From positions 7,874,001 to 7,938,000 of the forward strand of contig CATNEN010000002.1 in assembly GCA_950097015.1 (NCBI GenBank): a DNA stretch of 64,000 nucleotides. The letters are read 5' to 3'. Below, piece after piece: positions 1-12,700 of the stretch; the first letter of the stretch is position 1; each line of letters begins with the position of its first letter. A program made the position numbers and the translations under genes. Source of the DNA: Macrostomum hystrix (lineage: Eukaryota; Animalia; Platyhelminthes). Below the pieces are notes generated by a model. That model did not search any database and was not told the DNA's origin. It was given only the letters and a program-made list of their open reading frames with translations.

Positions 1-3000
1 CGGAGGAGGCGGCAGGTGGCCCGAGGTGCAGGCGGCGTGCCAGGGCAGCGAGCTCGTGCCCGCAGCGTCGGCGGCCGCCGCGCGGTACAGCTGGTGCCAG
101 CGGGCAAGGCAGTGGCCGCGAATGGCGGCCTGGGCCGCAGCCAGCGGGATGTGGGCCTCAGCCTGCGGCAGCGCGGAGCCGCGCTTGGCAATGGCATCGA
201 CCGCCTCGTTGCCAGGGATGCCCGCGTGGCCCGGGACCCACTGCAGGTGGACAGCGACGCCTCCGGCTGCGAGGTGGGAGAGGCTGGCCCAGATGGCATC
301 GGCAGTGGTGACGCCCGTCGAGCCGGGGCCAGACTCGAGCGCAGCCAGCGCACTCAGGGAGTCCGAGCACACGCGAACCGGCGACAGCTCGGCCGGGTCC
401 GGTGCCGCCAACACCCACTGGAGGGCCTCGGCGATGGCCACCAGCTCAGCGTGGAAGCTGGACGTCACGTGACCGGCTGGGACGCACAGTGCCGTGTCGG
501 GCTCGACCAGGGCGCCGCTGCCGCCGGCCGAGACGCCATCCTTTGCCGCTCCGTCGGTCCAGATGGCCGTGCGGGCGGGCGGCAGGCCTGCCAGCGTTAG
601 CTCAGCCGCCGCTCTCCGTGCCTCAGGCGGGTCGCACCGGGAGGAGGGGGCGGACAGCTGCAGACCAAAGGTGACGGTGTCCAGGTTGGCCCAGGGAGGC
701 GTCGCGGGGACAGCGCAAACGGGCTCGCGCGGGTAGCCGCTCAGGCCCGCGTCGGTGCTGACTCTGGTCGCCGTTTCCCGCCAGCCTCGGGCGCTCTGGA
801 GGCGGCGGCGTGGGCCCTCGGCGGCCGCGCAGGCGAGCAGCGGGTTGTCGGGCGGGAGCCTGAGGGCGCGCTCGAGGAGAAGGCCGGCGTGCATCTCGGC
901 GCGGACTGCCATCGGGGGCAGGCCGGCCTCTCGTTCTAGCACCTCCGACCTGGTGTTCCGAGGGCACCCGGTGATGACGCGCGCGCACAGGCGCTGGGCT
1001 CGGTCCAGCTGCTCAATGGCCGTCTTGCAGGCCGACGGCATCCAGGCGCCGGCCGCGTACTCCAGCACCGGCCGCACGTAGGCAGTGTAGAGCCGGCGCA
1101 CGTCGGTCTGCTTGGCGCCCCAGCTGCTACCGGAGAGCGCGGCCAGGACGCCGCACCGGGCGCGGGCGCGGCCTGCGACGTTGGCGGCGTGCGCGGTGAA
1201 GCTCAGCAGGCGGTCCAGGATGACGCCGAGAAACCGGGGCTGGCGGTCCGTCGCGAGGGGGGCGTCGTTCAGCTGCAGCCGCAGCTCCCGGCTGGCCTCA
1301 CCTGCGGTGGTGGAAAACAGGGATGCGGCGCACTTCTCCGGCGCCAGCTGCAGCCGCCACTTGTTTGCCCACTCGGCCGTCGCATCGATGGCCCGCTGCG
1401 CTTTCGCCTCGGCCTCCTCCACAGTCAGGCCTTGCACTGCAATGGCCAGGTCGTCCGCGTAGAGGAGCGGCGTGCAGTCGGGCGGCAGCTGGTCCGGCAG
1501 GTCGTTAATGAAAAGCGCGAAGAGCAGCGGGGCAAGAACGCTCCCCTGTGGTAAGCCCTCGCGGAAGAGCCGCCAGCTGCTCGTCGCGCCGTCGACCCTG
1601 ACGGCGGCCCTTCGGTCGGCCAGGAAGCTGCTGAGCCAGCGGACCCCGGCAGCCGGGATGCCCGCGGCGTGGAGCTTGTGCAGCAGGCCCTGCTTCCAGA
1701 CGGTGTCGTACGCCCTGCGGAAGTCGAACAGAACGACGACAGTCCGCCGGGCAGGGCTGGCCTGGTGACCATCACTGATGAGCTGGGTGAGCCTGGCGAT
1801 CTGGTCCTCGGTGCAGCGCCGCTTGCGGAAGCCGGCCTGAGCCGGGTGCAGCAGCTGCCGGGACTCGGCCCACCAGTAGAGCCGCGCTTGGACCAGGCGC
1901 TCGGCCAGCTTGGCCATGGCGGAGGTCAGGGCGATCGGCCGGTAGGAGCCAATCACGTCGGCCGGCTTGCCCTTCTTCAGGATCGGCACGACGTGGGCGC
2001 GTCGCCACGCAGACGGGACCTCCCCCTTTGCCCAGGACTGGTTGATCACGTGCAGAGCCGCCCGGCGACCGGCGGGGCCGAGGTGCTGCAGGTGCTCGGC
2101 ACAGATGCCGTCTGGTCCTGGGGCTTTCCTGGCCGGGAGGGAGCGAAGGACTCTGTCCAGCTCGCGAGACGAGAATTGCTTGCTAAAGTCTCCTGCCTCC
2201 GGGCTGTCAGCTTGTGCGGCGGCGCGGCTGCGGTGGTTCTCGCGGCGGAGGATGCGCGTCCTGCGGTCTTGCGGAAGGCGGCTCACGGCGGCGTACTCCT
2301 TGGCGTAAGCCTCGGCGATGTCCTTTGGTCGGACGTAGAGCTTCTGGCCCACACGGAGCGCTGCATCCCGCTGCAGGTTGTTGCTTCTGCCGTCAAGGGA
2401 GCGAACGACTCTCCAGATCTTGGCGTGGTCTGTGTCCGCTGCCACCTCGCCGGCGAAGGCCCTCCAGCTGTCGCGCTTGGCGTCGGCGATGATCTTCTTG
2501 GCGTCTGCGCTGGCCTTGTTCCAGGCCGGCCGCTCGTTCGGATCGGCAGCGGCGGCGGCCCGCGCGGCCCGACGGCTCTTCACGGCGTCCTCGACCTCCG
2601 GGGTCCACCAGGCCTTCGGGGACGGCCGGGCCCCTCGCGGGATGAACGCCTTGTCGGCCGTCATGATGGCCTCGGTCAGCAGCCGGTTGGCTTCGGTGGC
2701 CGTCGCGGGCGGCAGGGCGTCCCAGCCAGCCAGGGCCTCCTCGGTCTGCGCGCGGAAGCCGGCCCAGTCCCTTTGGCCCAGGCCCGCCGGGCGGCGCCCG
2801 CTCTCTTGGCTGCGCCTCGGCTGCCATGAATGATGACGCGCAGGTCCAGGAGCAGCTTGCACAGTTCGGGCGTCTTGGCAACGACGCCCTCTGCGTTGAG
2901 TTGCAGGAGGTGCAGGCTGCTGGGGGCCTGAGCGCGCGCGGACCGACGGTCGGGCTGGCGCTTCGCGCCGCCGGGGGCCCGCCGTTGAGGCTCGGCAGGC

Positions 3001-3023
3001 TGCGTCGGCAGTTGGTCAGTCAT
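1..3023 (-). mobile_element. Non-LTR retrotransposon (LINE, I-superfamily/Ingi-like) with RT and RNase H; APE endonuclease largely deleted; runs off the left edge
   Basis: Hand translation of the minus strand gives RT motifs VVVLFDFRRAYDTVW, GLPQGSVLAPLLFALFINDLP, LLYADDLAI and RFLGVILD, then RNase H motifs AIWTDGA, VCSDSLSAL and LQWVPGHAGIPGNEAVDAIAK. Start ATG at 3023 leads to an APE-start motif HLLQLNAEGV..K..EL. The frame is missing from the ORF track, probably because it has no stop inside the window. Confidence 0.93.
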
Positions 3024-3538
3024 TTAGGACCGGTTCGGACCGCCAGATGCTTGTTGGGCGGTGAGATAGGGCTGTGCTGTGCTGTGCTTTGCTGGGCTTT
3101 GGGAGGGCCCGTTTGATGGCCTGCATTTCGTAGGACTTGCGTCCTCCGGGGAGCACCTCGTGGAGGCGCAGGCCATTGCCCCCCAGAATTGCCTCCTCGC
3201 TGGGTGAGGATCTACTGTGAACAAATTATGCACATCAGTGCTTACAGCCCACCTGCAAATATGAGCTGTTTGGCTGTTCAACCAGCCAACTGACTATTAG
3301 TAAATTGATCGCGCCACTTCAGGTAAACACATTTATTTTGCGTTCGCATTCAGTGCTTTCTCTGATTGACAGTGAGAGACACATAAAGACATGATGAGTC
3401 TCTCCTCCTCCTCATCACAAATACAAAAACAGTATCATGCTCAGCGCACAAAATTATTCAAGTTTTCTTTGCGACGATGCGCGAGTCGATTACCATCAGC
3501 GCATTTAGCTCGTACAGTGCAAGAGAGGCATCACTTGG

Positions 3539-4663
3539 TCAGCCTCGGCGCACCAGCCCAAAGAAGCCGCCGATCTCGCCCTCCGTCATTGTGTCGTTCA
3601 TGACGGCCACGGCCTGCACCGTTCCGTTCAGAAGTCGCGCGTCTTCATTTCGAAAACCGAGAGAGAAGCAAAAGTAATCAAGAATTTCTAGTCTCGAAAA
3701 ATTACTTCCCTGAAGTACGCTCGACTGTGGCACGAAGCCAGTAGTCAAGTAGAAGCTTCGACTCTGCGAAGACTCCGAAGTCACTCCGAGCTCAACGAAT
3801 GAGTTCGGGTCATACATGTTTGCCCATGACGCTGTTGAAAGAAACTCTGTTGCCGTTAAATTGTAGCGGACGAAGTACAGGCTCCAAGAGCCTGGAGGAC
3901 CATTCCAAAACGATGCGCCAAGGGTATTCGTGTCGCATTTGCACGTCTCCAGCAGTGGAGCCTCTCTGGTGGACACTCGCTTGAGCCTGATCAGCCACGT
4001 GAGTCCCACCTTCAAGTTGGCGAACTTCACTCCCCCAAGCCACATCTTGGATGACACTCCGTTGAACTTGGCTCCCTCGCTGCTGAACTCGACTGACTCC
4101 GACTGCCACTGCTGCGTCTCGCCGCACACCAAGTTGCTCCTGCTGGCTTCCTCATCGTCACTCATCACCCACGCTGCACGCAGCTTCGAGCCCACACTGC
4201 TCATCAGCTTCCTGCTCAGCGTCATGAAGCTGACGGCTCTGGCATTGGCGAATGCAGCACAGCTGTGCAGTGCGTTGATCCCATTGCTGGCTTGTCCATT
4301 GATGAGGTGGCACACGACAATGTACTTAAACAGCGAGCACTGGCGAGTGTCCGAGTCGAACTGGGCCACCAACAGACCGCTCTTTGTGTTGGCAGTGCCG
4401 ATGCACATGATCCTGCTCGACACTCGCCTTGCCTGCACAGCCAGTGCGACGGGCAGACACCCCAACGTCTCCACTCTGAGCCACTCGGCGTCGCTGCCGC
4501 AGTGTGCCAGCTGGGCGAGGCTCAGGAGCAAAGCGAGGCCTGAAAATTATGTTGATATTGCTCTTGTACCTTTGATTCTGGATTTCAAATCGTTCCGAGA
4601 GGAAGAACCTACTAATTGACACCAATAGAACCTCGAGCTCTGCCCACCCACTAAATAGCGCAT
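3539..4663 (-). CDS. PAN-like + LamG/ConA-like secreted protein, family copy 1 (338 aa)
   Basis: Exon1 4663-4648 (ATG CGC TAT TTA GTG G), GT..AG phase-1 intron 4647-4540, exon2 4539-3539. Spliced length 1017 nt is divisible by 3. Signal peptide MRYLVGLALLLSLAQLAHC; C-terminal LNGTVQAVAVMNDTMTEGEIGGFF resembles the LamG-like terminal motif. Confidence 0.82.
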
Positions 4664-4890
4664 GCTTTGTGCTGAAAATTGGATTTGCTCGACTGATCAG
4701 GTAAATTGGATGGGTGATTCCTCAAAAGAAGAAGCCACCAGTGTCAACGCTGGTATAAAGAATATTGGATGTTAACTTTCTGAGACTACTCGACCTTCCA
4801 GAACATAAAGTAAAAAACTTTTTAATCCTAGTTTGAATATTCTCTACTTCACTTGTCTGACTGCTAATATTAAATTCATCATTATGGTTT

Positions 4891-5200
4891 GGGGGGTGAC
4901 GGGCAGAGCGGTTAACGCGTTTGCCTCTTGCACCAAGGTCCCTAAGCTCGATTCCGCGTCGAGGCCACATTGATTTGGGACGCAGCCGCTGAGAGATGGC
5001 TTTGGGGCTTGTCGTGCAATTTATCCCTTGAGGGCCAAATTCCCAGACATGCAGTGAGAGTGTACACTGCCTAACGATGAGAAAGTCAGGGCAGATGTAC
5101 ACACCTGTGTGAACGTATTATGCCTGTTTACCGTATCTGCCTGAGTGTGTGCTTGGGAGACATCGAAATGGGCAAAATTGCTTTCTCGCTGGCTGCAGAT
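4891..5200 (+). mobile_element. tRNA-derived SINE family A, near full length
   Basis: Head with A-box-like ggcagagcggt and B-box-like agctcgattcc; body motifs gatgagaaagtcagggcagatgtacacacctgtg and gaaatgggca.aattgc recur about 11 times in the window; AT-rich tail. Confidence 0.85.
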
Positions 5201-5789
5201 ATAGTGTTATAATTATGTGCCATTGCAATAATCATATTAGTATTCTAATCAATTACTATAATAATAAAAATGACTCATAATGACTCGACAAGTGCAACAC
5301 TGTCGTTTACAAACGATATACGAAGAGACAATCGATTAGACCAGTCGTTGCAACTCACCAGCAGCGAGCTCCATTTTAATCTTTGGCGAATTCGTCTTTC
5401 GTTGCAGCCGAGATGAGCCAAATTTCGCTACACGAACCCACCAATTCTTACCTTAGTAGCTCATCTATGCTTGCTTTTGACTTTTTACATCACCCAGAGA
5501 CAAAAAAATTTTTTAATGAGGAGTGAATTGGGATGATTTTATAAGTGGAGGTGAATACTTAAAGCTCCTAATGAGCAGTCTAGCCGCTTATGCCTCACCA
5601 AGCCTCTGCAATCATACTCTATGCAGGTGCCTCAGTGCCTGCAGAAAATGTCAGCTGGAGACCTTGGTCTCTTTCCGCTTCTCTTTGAAGCACAAATTAC
5701 TCACAAAGCTGGCAAAATTTTCCACCATCCAAATCTTGAAAAACTTCCAACTAATTAGCATATGAGACATGCGCATTCTTAATTTTATA

Positions 5790-6394
5790 CGAGGGCTGTC
5801 CAAAAACTGATGGAGAAAATGTTTCCATCTTAATGGGGACTTTGTTGAGAAAATTTCTCCCGATGAAGGGACAACTATATATATGTAATTCTCATCTAGT
5901 GGTCCTTTGTGTCGGTGGTGACGGAGATGCAGATTGTGACACACTAAAAGTGGGGAACGAACCTCGCGCTGGCAGACCGAGACCGGTTTCTGGCTTGTTT
6001 GCCTTCGTCAGTCAGCCATAGCCACACGCAGTCCTCTCCCACCACTCTTAGTGTGCACAGAAGTCTCTTTTAAGCTTGCCATTTTTATGGCGATACTTTT
6101 TTAGTGTTATGTGAGAGTTTTGCAGCTAAGTCTTTGCTTTTCTACTGTTGTCAGTAGTCTGAATTGTATCTCTCACACAGATTAATGCTAAATAATAGTT
6201 TCGCGTTGAACTCTGGCCTACCACCTGGAACATTTTTGTTAATTGCTTACAAATGAATGCTGGTGCTCGCTTGGTTTTCTAACTGTTAATTAAAGACACC
6301 TTTATGTCAATTTTTTAACACCAAACTTGTTGGAAACGGTTAATCCAATTCGTTCACTGTATCTATTATTCCCGATATTTTGGGACAGCCTTCG
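5790..6394. mobile_element. Non-autonomous Tc1/mariner element (deletion derivative)
   Basis: Imperfect TIRs cgagggctgtccaaaa (5790) and ttttgggacagccttcg (ends 6394), each flanked by TA; the internal short ORF ends in EPRAGRP, like the mariner N-terminal xPRSGRP motif. Confidence 0.62.
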
Positions 6395-8409
6395 TAATTT
6401 ATTAGTGCACGTTCATTTTTCAGTGAGCCATGGCAGCTTGTTTTATTTACGAGCTCCAGGCTTATTGTCAGTTCTTGCTAAAACTTTTTAACTGCGAAAA
6501 GTTGAACAAACCGTTTTTATGATCATGATCTTACTCAAAACATGCATTCTTAACTTCCAAACATGCACTTCTCTAAGCGCCGCATGACACGTCAATGTGT
6601 TCCGTTTCGTTCCTTCCAGTCTACATCCGACAGATTTGCTCTGGACCACCTTTTGTGACCCTGCGGGGAACCCAGCCTGCACAAGAGCAGACAACGAGTT
6701 AAGCATCTAGTGTGTGGTCGTGAGTCGAGTTACTTTTAGCGTGCACTTAACTTATCTACGCAAAATTTTCCTTCGAGCCGCGTTTTAAAGTGCTGCACTT
6801 CGTAAATTTGACTTGATGAGTCAATTGTCCCAAGTGACAAACAAGGACCACTTTAGTATAACAGTTATCCTAAGTAGTTATACTGCAGTCGCCCTTGGTG
6901 ACAAAGTGTGTCAATAATGAGATTTTCTTTACCGAAAATTAATCCACCCAGGTCGAGCCGATGGACGGCAGGCTCGTAATGGATTATGTTTAATTTAAGA
7001 GGTGAGAAAAATTGTGATTGTGAAGATTTAAATTATAAAGATGAAAAATCTCATGTTTTTGCTCGGAGAAACTCAACACAGATGATATTGCTAATCTGTA
7101 ATTTATCCAATAACTCATACTACAATAGTGGTTACTGGGACCGAAGTTCTCTGATTGTCTGAATGTATAGAACTTACGTATATAAGTTTGTATTGTCGAC
7201 ATTGTGGTGCTAAATTTCGATACTCCGCAACGGGACAGAGTCCATAAAGAGACGTGATCTTGCTAAAAGCGCTTCTTAATTAAAACAAATTATGTTTTTA
7301 GTGCGCCTAGAATCGACACAAAAGTTTGATTTGTTGTGTCTAAGCGAAGATAAGTACATAGATAATGCTTTATTAAAATTAGAAGTATAATTACTAGGTA
7401 AATTGTTTTTATGGATACATCTTGAAAAACAATAAGGCATCGATTGCACTAGAAAATATATACAAAGGGACTAAATCTTTAAGTTGATTGACCACCAAGC
7501 TTATTGTGACGTTTTTAGGACTAGGACTATGAGTAGGCCCCTATCTCAATTTAAAATATAAAAAACTTGATTGTGGCTCAACTGTTTATATTTTAGCAAA
7601 GTTATTGAAAATCTATAAGGGGTCTATCGTCTATATAGTTCAGCTCGAAACTCTAATAGGCCCATTGTCTTGATTGTTCAAAGCATGGCATTTTTATATT
7701 CTATGCCTATGGCAGTATGATACATGCATCTTATATCCGATGATACAAGAAAGTCTTGAAAGTAATAGAAATCACAAAGAATGAGGATTTTATTTATTAC
7801 TATCAGGCCCCTTATAGTTAATTAATCAGTAACTTGACTGTACATAGTCCCTAGAAATTGGTGCCTTCTTCTGTAGAGGCCAAGATTGTGCTACTATCCT
7901 ATAGGCCTACCTATATTTAATATGTTTCTCTCATTATTTTCAATATGTAAATGTAAAGTGTTATTTGTTACCAACGATATTATTTGTAAATTGCCTAGTT
8001 GTATATTGTAGGCCTATATTTGCCTTAAAAATCCAAGCAACAGTATTTACTTTGCTTAGTTTTTTATTTTTACTTATCTGGCAAATTTTTTGTTTTATTG
8101 TTTTAATAAATAGAAATTGAATTAATGACTTTATAAGAAAACATTTTTTCCATCTGTTATTTTGTTTGAAAGGCTGTTGATTGTAAAATTTTATGTATTT
8201 TCTGACAGCAGTAAAAACATGGAGCATAGAACTGTAGCCTGCCACAGCCAGCAGTAGAAATATGGAACTATATCCTATAGTCTAGATCATACGGCAATGT
8301 TCTACTTCTATTAGTTATATTATTTTTTGTTTGCAAACAACAGATAACGACAAAAAGCAAGTTTAACAGCAACAAAAAGTCAGTAGTTTGGTCACACAGT
8401 TCTAAAAAG

Positions 8410-8720
8410 TCTTGGTCAGTCTTTCTTCTTTCAAACCGGGTAATAGTGCCTAATCCAGTAGAGGAGGGGACCGAAGCTATTCTTGGGGTATAGACAGCGC
8501 CATAAGAATTCTTTGAGGTGGCTTTTGAATAGAGCAGCACTCGTGCCATGCATTTGAAGCAGCTTGGCCTTCGCAAATTCTTCAGCTGCAGAAATTCTGT
8601 GCTTTAGCTTCCTGTTCCCCCATATTTGCCAGATTTTGCCATAGACATAGATCCGAGTGTCAAGTCACGGCAAAGCCACATCAGCACAACTTTTTCAAAC
8701 TCAGAATCCACGTGTGGCAC
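8410..8720 (-). pseudogene. Merlin/ISXO2-like transposase remnant in an AT-rich block
   Basis: Minus-strand frame reads HSDLCLWQNLANMG...KAKLLQMHGTSAALFKSHLKEFLWRCLYPKNSFGPLLYWIRHYYPV*, matching the ISXO2/Merlin C-terminal pattern (HGxS..YLxEFxWR..F..L..I...YP). Upstream part is degenerate. Confidence 0.55.
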
Positions 8721-9339
8721 AAATACAAATGAAAAAATAATATAACGAATGGAAGTAGAACATTGCCAATCATGCTAGGTGCATTCCATAGAAAAAGATA
8801 GAAGGCTAGAGTATACACTTAAATCCTATGCACTGGAAAACTAAAATAAGTTAAAAAAGATAATTTAGCTTGGAAGAAATCTATTTTATATAATTTTGTC
8901 TATAACCTTGCTTTTTGTTGACTATGCATCCCTATGGGAAAAGTTGACAACCAGGGATGCCTATATGGTGTCCTATGCACTTTTAAGATCTTTAAGTATG
9001 TTTTTCTTACTGTTGCTTGAAAAACATGTATAGGCAGCCAGCAAAGGCATGGACTGACCTTAAGGACAGGCACAAACACATTGAATTGTTTTCAGGTATG
9101 TACTATATGATCCAGAGTCTAGACTATATCTAATAGGCTAATGTTCTGAAAATACTAAACTGTAGGCTCCACTGGCATATAGTATTTAACTACTTAGTCT
9201 ACAAGAATATAATTTAGGTAGGCATATATTGATTAAAGGCAAGTTGTATATTTAAAAGAGGGTTAATTTTTTTAAAGATATGTTTTTAGCCATTCATTAT
9301 TACTTGTCACTTGCTATTCAATAGTAAATACAAAAACTT

Positions 9340-9450
9340 ATATATAGGGGTTCAATTCCTGATTCCACTGGAACAATTAGATTCATTTAGCAAGACACTT
9401 AACTCTGTATTGTTTTAGTTTACCCAGCTGTCAAATGGTTAACAGTATTA
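9340..9450 (+). mobile_element. Degraded CORE-like SINE (family B)
   Basis: ggggttcaattcc followed by agcaagacacttaactctg...tttacccagctgtcaaatgg, homologous to 16060-16180 and 32060-32310. Confidence 0.55.
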
Positions 9451-9790
9451 GCTACTAGGGTAGTATATTAAGGGTGTGGCTTTTCTCAAGTCTATGGACT
9501 CAACTGCCATACTATAGTATTCAGATGTACTGAGCAATAGCTGTGGCTACTTTGCTATGAAAATTATTTTTTAATGAGCATAGTTTTACAAAAATTCAGT
9601 TTTGCATTTTCACTTCAATTCAATATCTTAGCGTAATGATTACCAAAAAAGATTGTTATTTTATTTTTCATACCTCTAGTCTTATAGTTCCCAAAATTAT
9701 TTTGTTTTATTTAACATTTGCTATGCCAATAAAGAAAATGTTATTTTAGTGTCAAATATGATAACTGTTGCAACCCTCAGCTGCAGACCC

Positions 9791-12700
9791 ATGGCTGAAG
9801 AAGGGGCCCCGCCAGCTGCATTGTACAAGTTCTCCATCCTAGAACCAGATGTTTACTGCCAGGCGATTAAAAGTGCGGAGCCAGTTAAGGATGATGATGT
9901 ACCCCACAGATTTGGCCTATTTTTGAAACAATGGGCAGAGGACGTTTTCGGTATGAGCTGCTTCCTACCATCCAAAGCTGGCGCCGCCTTTATTGAGGAT
10001 TTCAACCATTTTGAGAGTGACTTCTTGGTAAAATCCGAGTACTGCATCATCATCATTAGCGAAGTGTCTGCTAAAACTCTCAACAGGTTCTTGGCCAGGT
10101 TGCTAGTGTTTGTTACCATGCGCTCAATGTGGCGTAATCGCTTTATCTTCATCGCCATGGGCGAATTCGACGGACTGAAGAGGCTTTTTCTAGACGTGTC
10201 GGTACACAAGCTAATTATTTTTAGATCAAGGACTGAGGAGGAGTGGATGGTGGAGATCGAGTGCTGGAAGGCGCTGTACTCCATTCTCAACATTTCCTGG
10301 GCACCTGTTAGCAGCACCAACGCTTATGTGGGTGCATCCACCGAGGCAGCTATAGAAGCGCATTCATGTGCCGCTGACGAGTCAGCCGAACAGCTGGATC
10401 GAACCTACAAGCTGATGCTTCTGACTTCAAGAAGCTACTCAGTTAAGAAGGCAGGCAGTGAAGATGCGGTTTCAGACATTCGTGGCGAGGCATTCGCCCA
10501 GTATATGCAGCAGAAGTCTGAAAGCGAGTTTCAAATGTCCTGCAAATTGCCTGGCGACTCTGGAGGTGCATTCATAATGGATTTCAACCGCTTTGAAAAT
10601 GATTTCCTGCGTGTTAGCGAGTACTGCGTCATCATCGTTTCCGAAGAATCTGTGCGGCAATTCCGCATCTTCTTGCCGCGCCTATTGGTGTTCTTGACTA
10701 GACGCGGCAGCTGGAGCAACCGCTTCGTAATTGTCTGCGTTGGCAGCGTTGATCTGCGCGAGTCTGAGGTAGACTTTCTGACCCATCCTCCTGTGTACTT
10801 CTCATCTACTGAGGTGGAGTCTTGGTCTGCCGAAGTTCAGTCTTGGCAGCTCTTGTACCGCATCTTGCGCATCACTTGGGCGCCTTCTGACACTGAGAGC
10901 CAGCTTGCCAAAATGTCCTTTGACACGGAGACATCGTATCACTGTGTGCTGTTCACATCAATTTTTTATTCGACCTCCGCTGCGGAACAGCCTGACGATG
11001 GTACCGGCTGGCAGTTTGGATCGTACTTTGCTTCTACAATGAGCACCGAGTTCAACTACTCGATTTATATCCTGACTGCTAGAGACGCAGTGCAGATCGA
11101 TAGTCTCGAGGAGCTAAAGCTTCGCTTTCTTAGAAAGTGTCGCAATCTAGTTATTATTGTGACTGAGGAGTCGGTTCTGCAGTTTTTGCAATTCCTTATA
11201 CGCTTAAGACAGTTTCTGGCCAATCACACTGACTGGAAGGATCGACTCGCTCTGGTATGTGTTGGTAATGTGCGCTTAGAAGAAGATCAGCTTTCTATGT
11301 TTAGCTCTGTGACTACTATCCAATCTACTTCTCGCTCTAGTTGGACAACTATCACTACACAAACCTGGAGTAACCTTCTGACATTAATTCAGAATAGCGA
11401 GGCCTATGTCCAGGACCAGTTGGTTCAACAGGTTTCTTCGTTGCCCGTCAATACAAGAGCTCACGACAGCACCGACGGTGGCGGATTGCAGTCATTAGAT
11501 ATTAACACATCGATGCAAAACACCGCTTCAAGTAGCCGCTCTAGCTCTAACAGCACAGGGGCAGACAGATCAAGACAAACCACAGCTACCACAACAATAC
11601 ATACTACAGTTCCGACACGCACCACGTCTTCTATCGATGTCGCTGACTCTACCTCACAAGAGGAAAACATTGAGGGACGCCGAAGCATCTTGCAGGGTTC
11701 GTCGAGCTCAGAAAAACAGCAAAGTCAGAGCCATATGCAGGAGCGTCAGCGACAGGAAGAGCAAGAGCGTCAGCGTCAGGAAGAGCAAGAGCGTCAGCGT
11801 CAGCAACAGGAAGAGCAAGAGCGTCAGCGTCAAGAAGAGCAAGAGCGTCAGCAACAGGAAGAGCAAAAGCGTCAGCGTCAGCAACAGGAAGAGCAAAAGC
11901 GTCTGCGACAGGAAGAGCAAGAGCGTCAGCGTCAAGAAGAGCAAGAGCGTCAGCGTCAGCAACACGAAGAGCAAGAGCGTCAGCGTCAGCAACAGGAAGA
12001 GCAAGAGCGTCAGCGTCAGCGACAGGAAGAGCAAGACCGTCAGCGTCAGCGTCAGGAAGAGCAAGAGCCTCAGCGTCAGCGACAGGAAGAGCAAGAGCGT
12101 CAGCGCCAGGAAGAGCTACAGTCTACAACTACGACGAGTACTTCTACCACTACAATTAGAACAACAGGTTGCGACGATGAGTCAATGAACCTAAAAAATG
12201 TTCCGAAAGTAGACGATATCGCGCGCCGATCGGACGAAGACATCAGTATCGAGTACGAATTCGAGGATAGAGGAGTTCGCTCTGGCGGCCAGCGAAAAGA
12301 TTACGTTGTCGTCGACCTGGGCGACTCCAGTCACTTTGCAAGCAGTTCATCCGCTTCTATCGTGGTGATGCGAGCGCTGAGAACAGTTCAAGTTCGCATT
12401 GTGTGCATTACAAGTGTAGTTCACACAACCACCGTCGTAACAGTCACATATATCGTGCATCTTGCTGGTGTGCCGTTCAGAGCGGCTCGCTGCGCTGCTG
12501 CTTACGCTCAACAGCAAGGCTGGCTGCGTTGGCTGCTGCTGATTTTGCACCGCGTTGGGCGACTTACGAGCGAATCGATTCGCTGCGTCTCCGGCAGTCG
12601 CATCAGCATTGACAAAAATGATAGCGTCGACTCGGATCGCGTTACTGTTAACGCGAGCAGCCGACGTCGCCAGCTTCCTGGCTGGCTGGTGCGTATTGTT

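Noticed and set aside
16-2829. Long plus-strand ORFs (e.g. 1669-2829, 386 aa; 16-600)
   Set aside because: Antisense shadows of the GC-rich minus-strand LINE ORF; no recognisable motifs.
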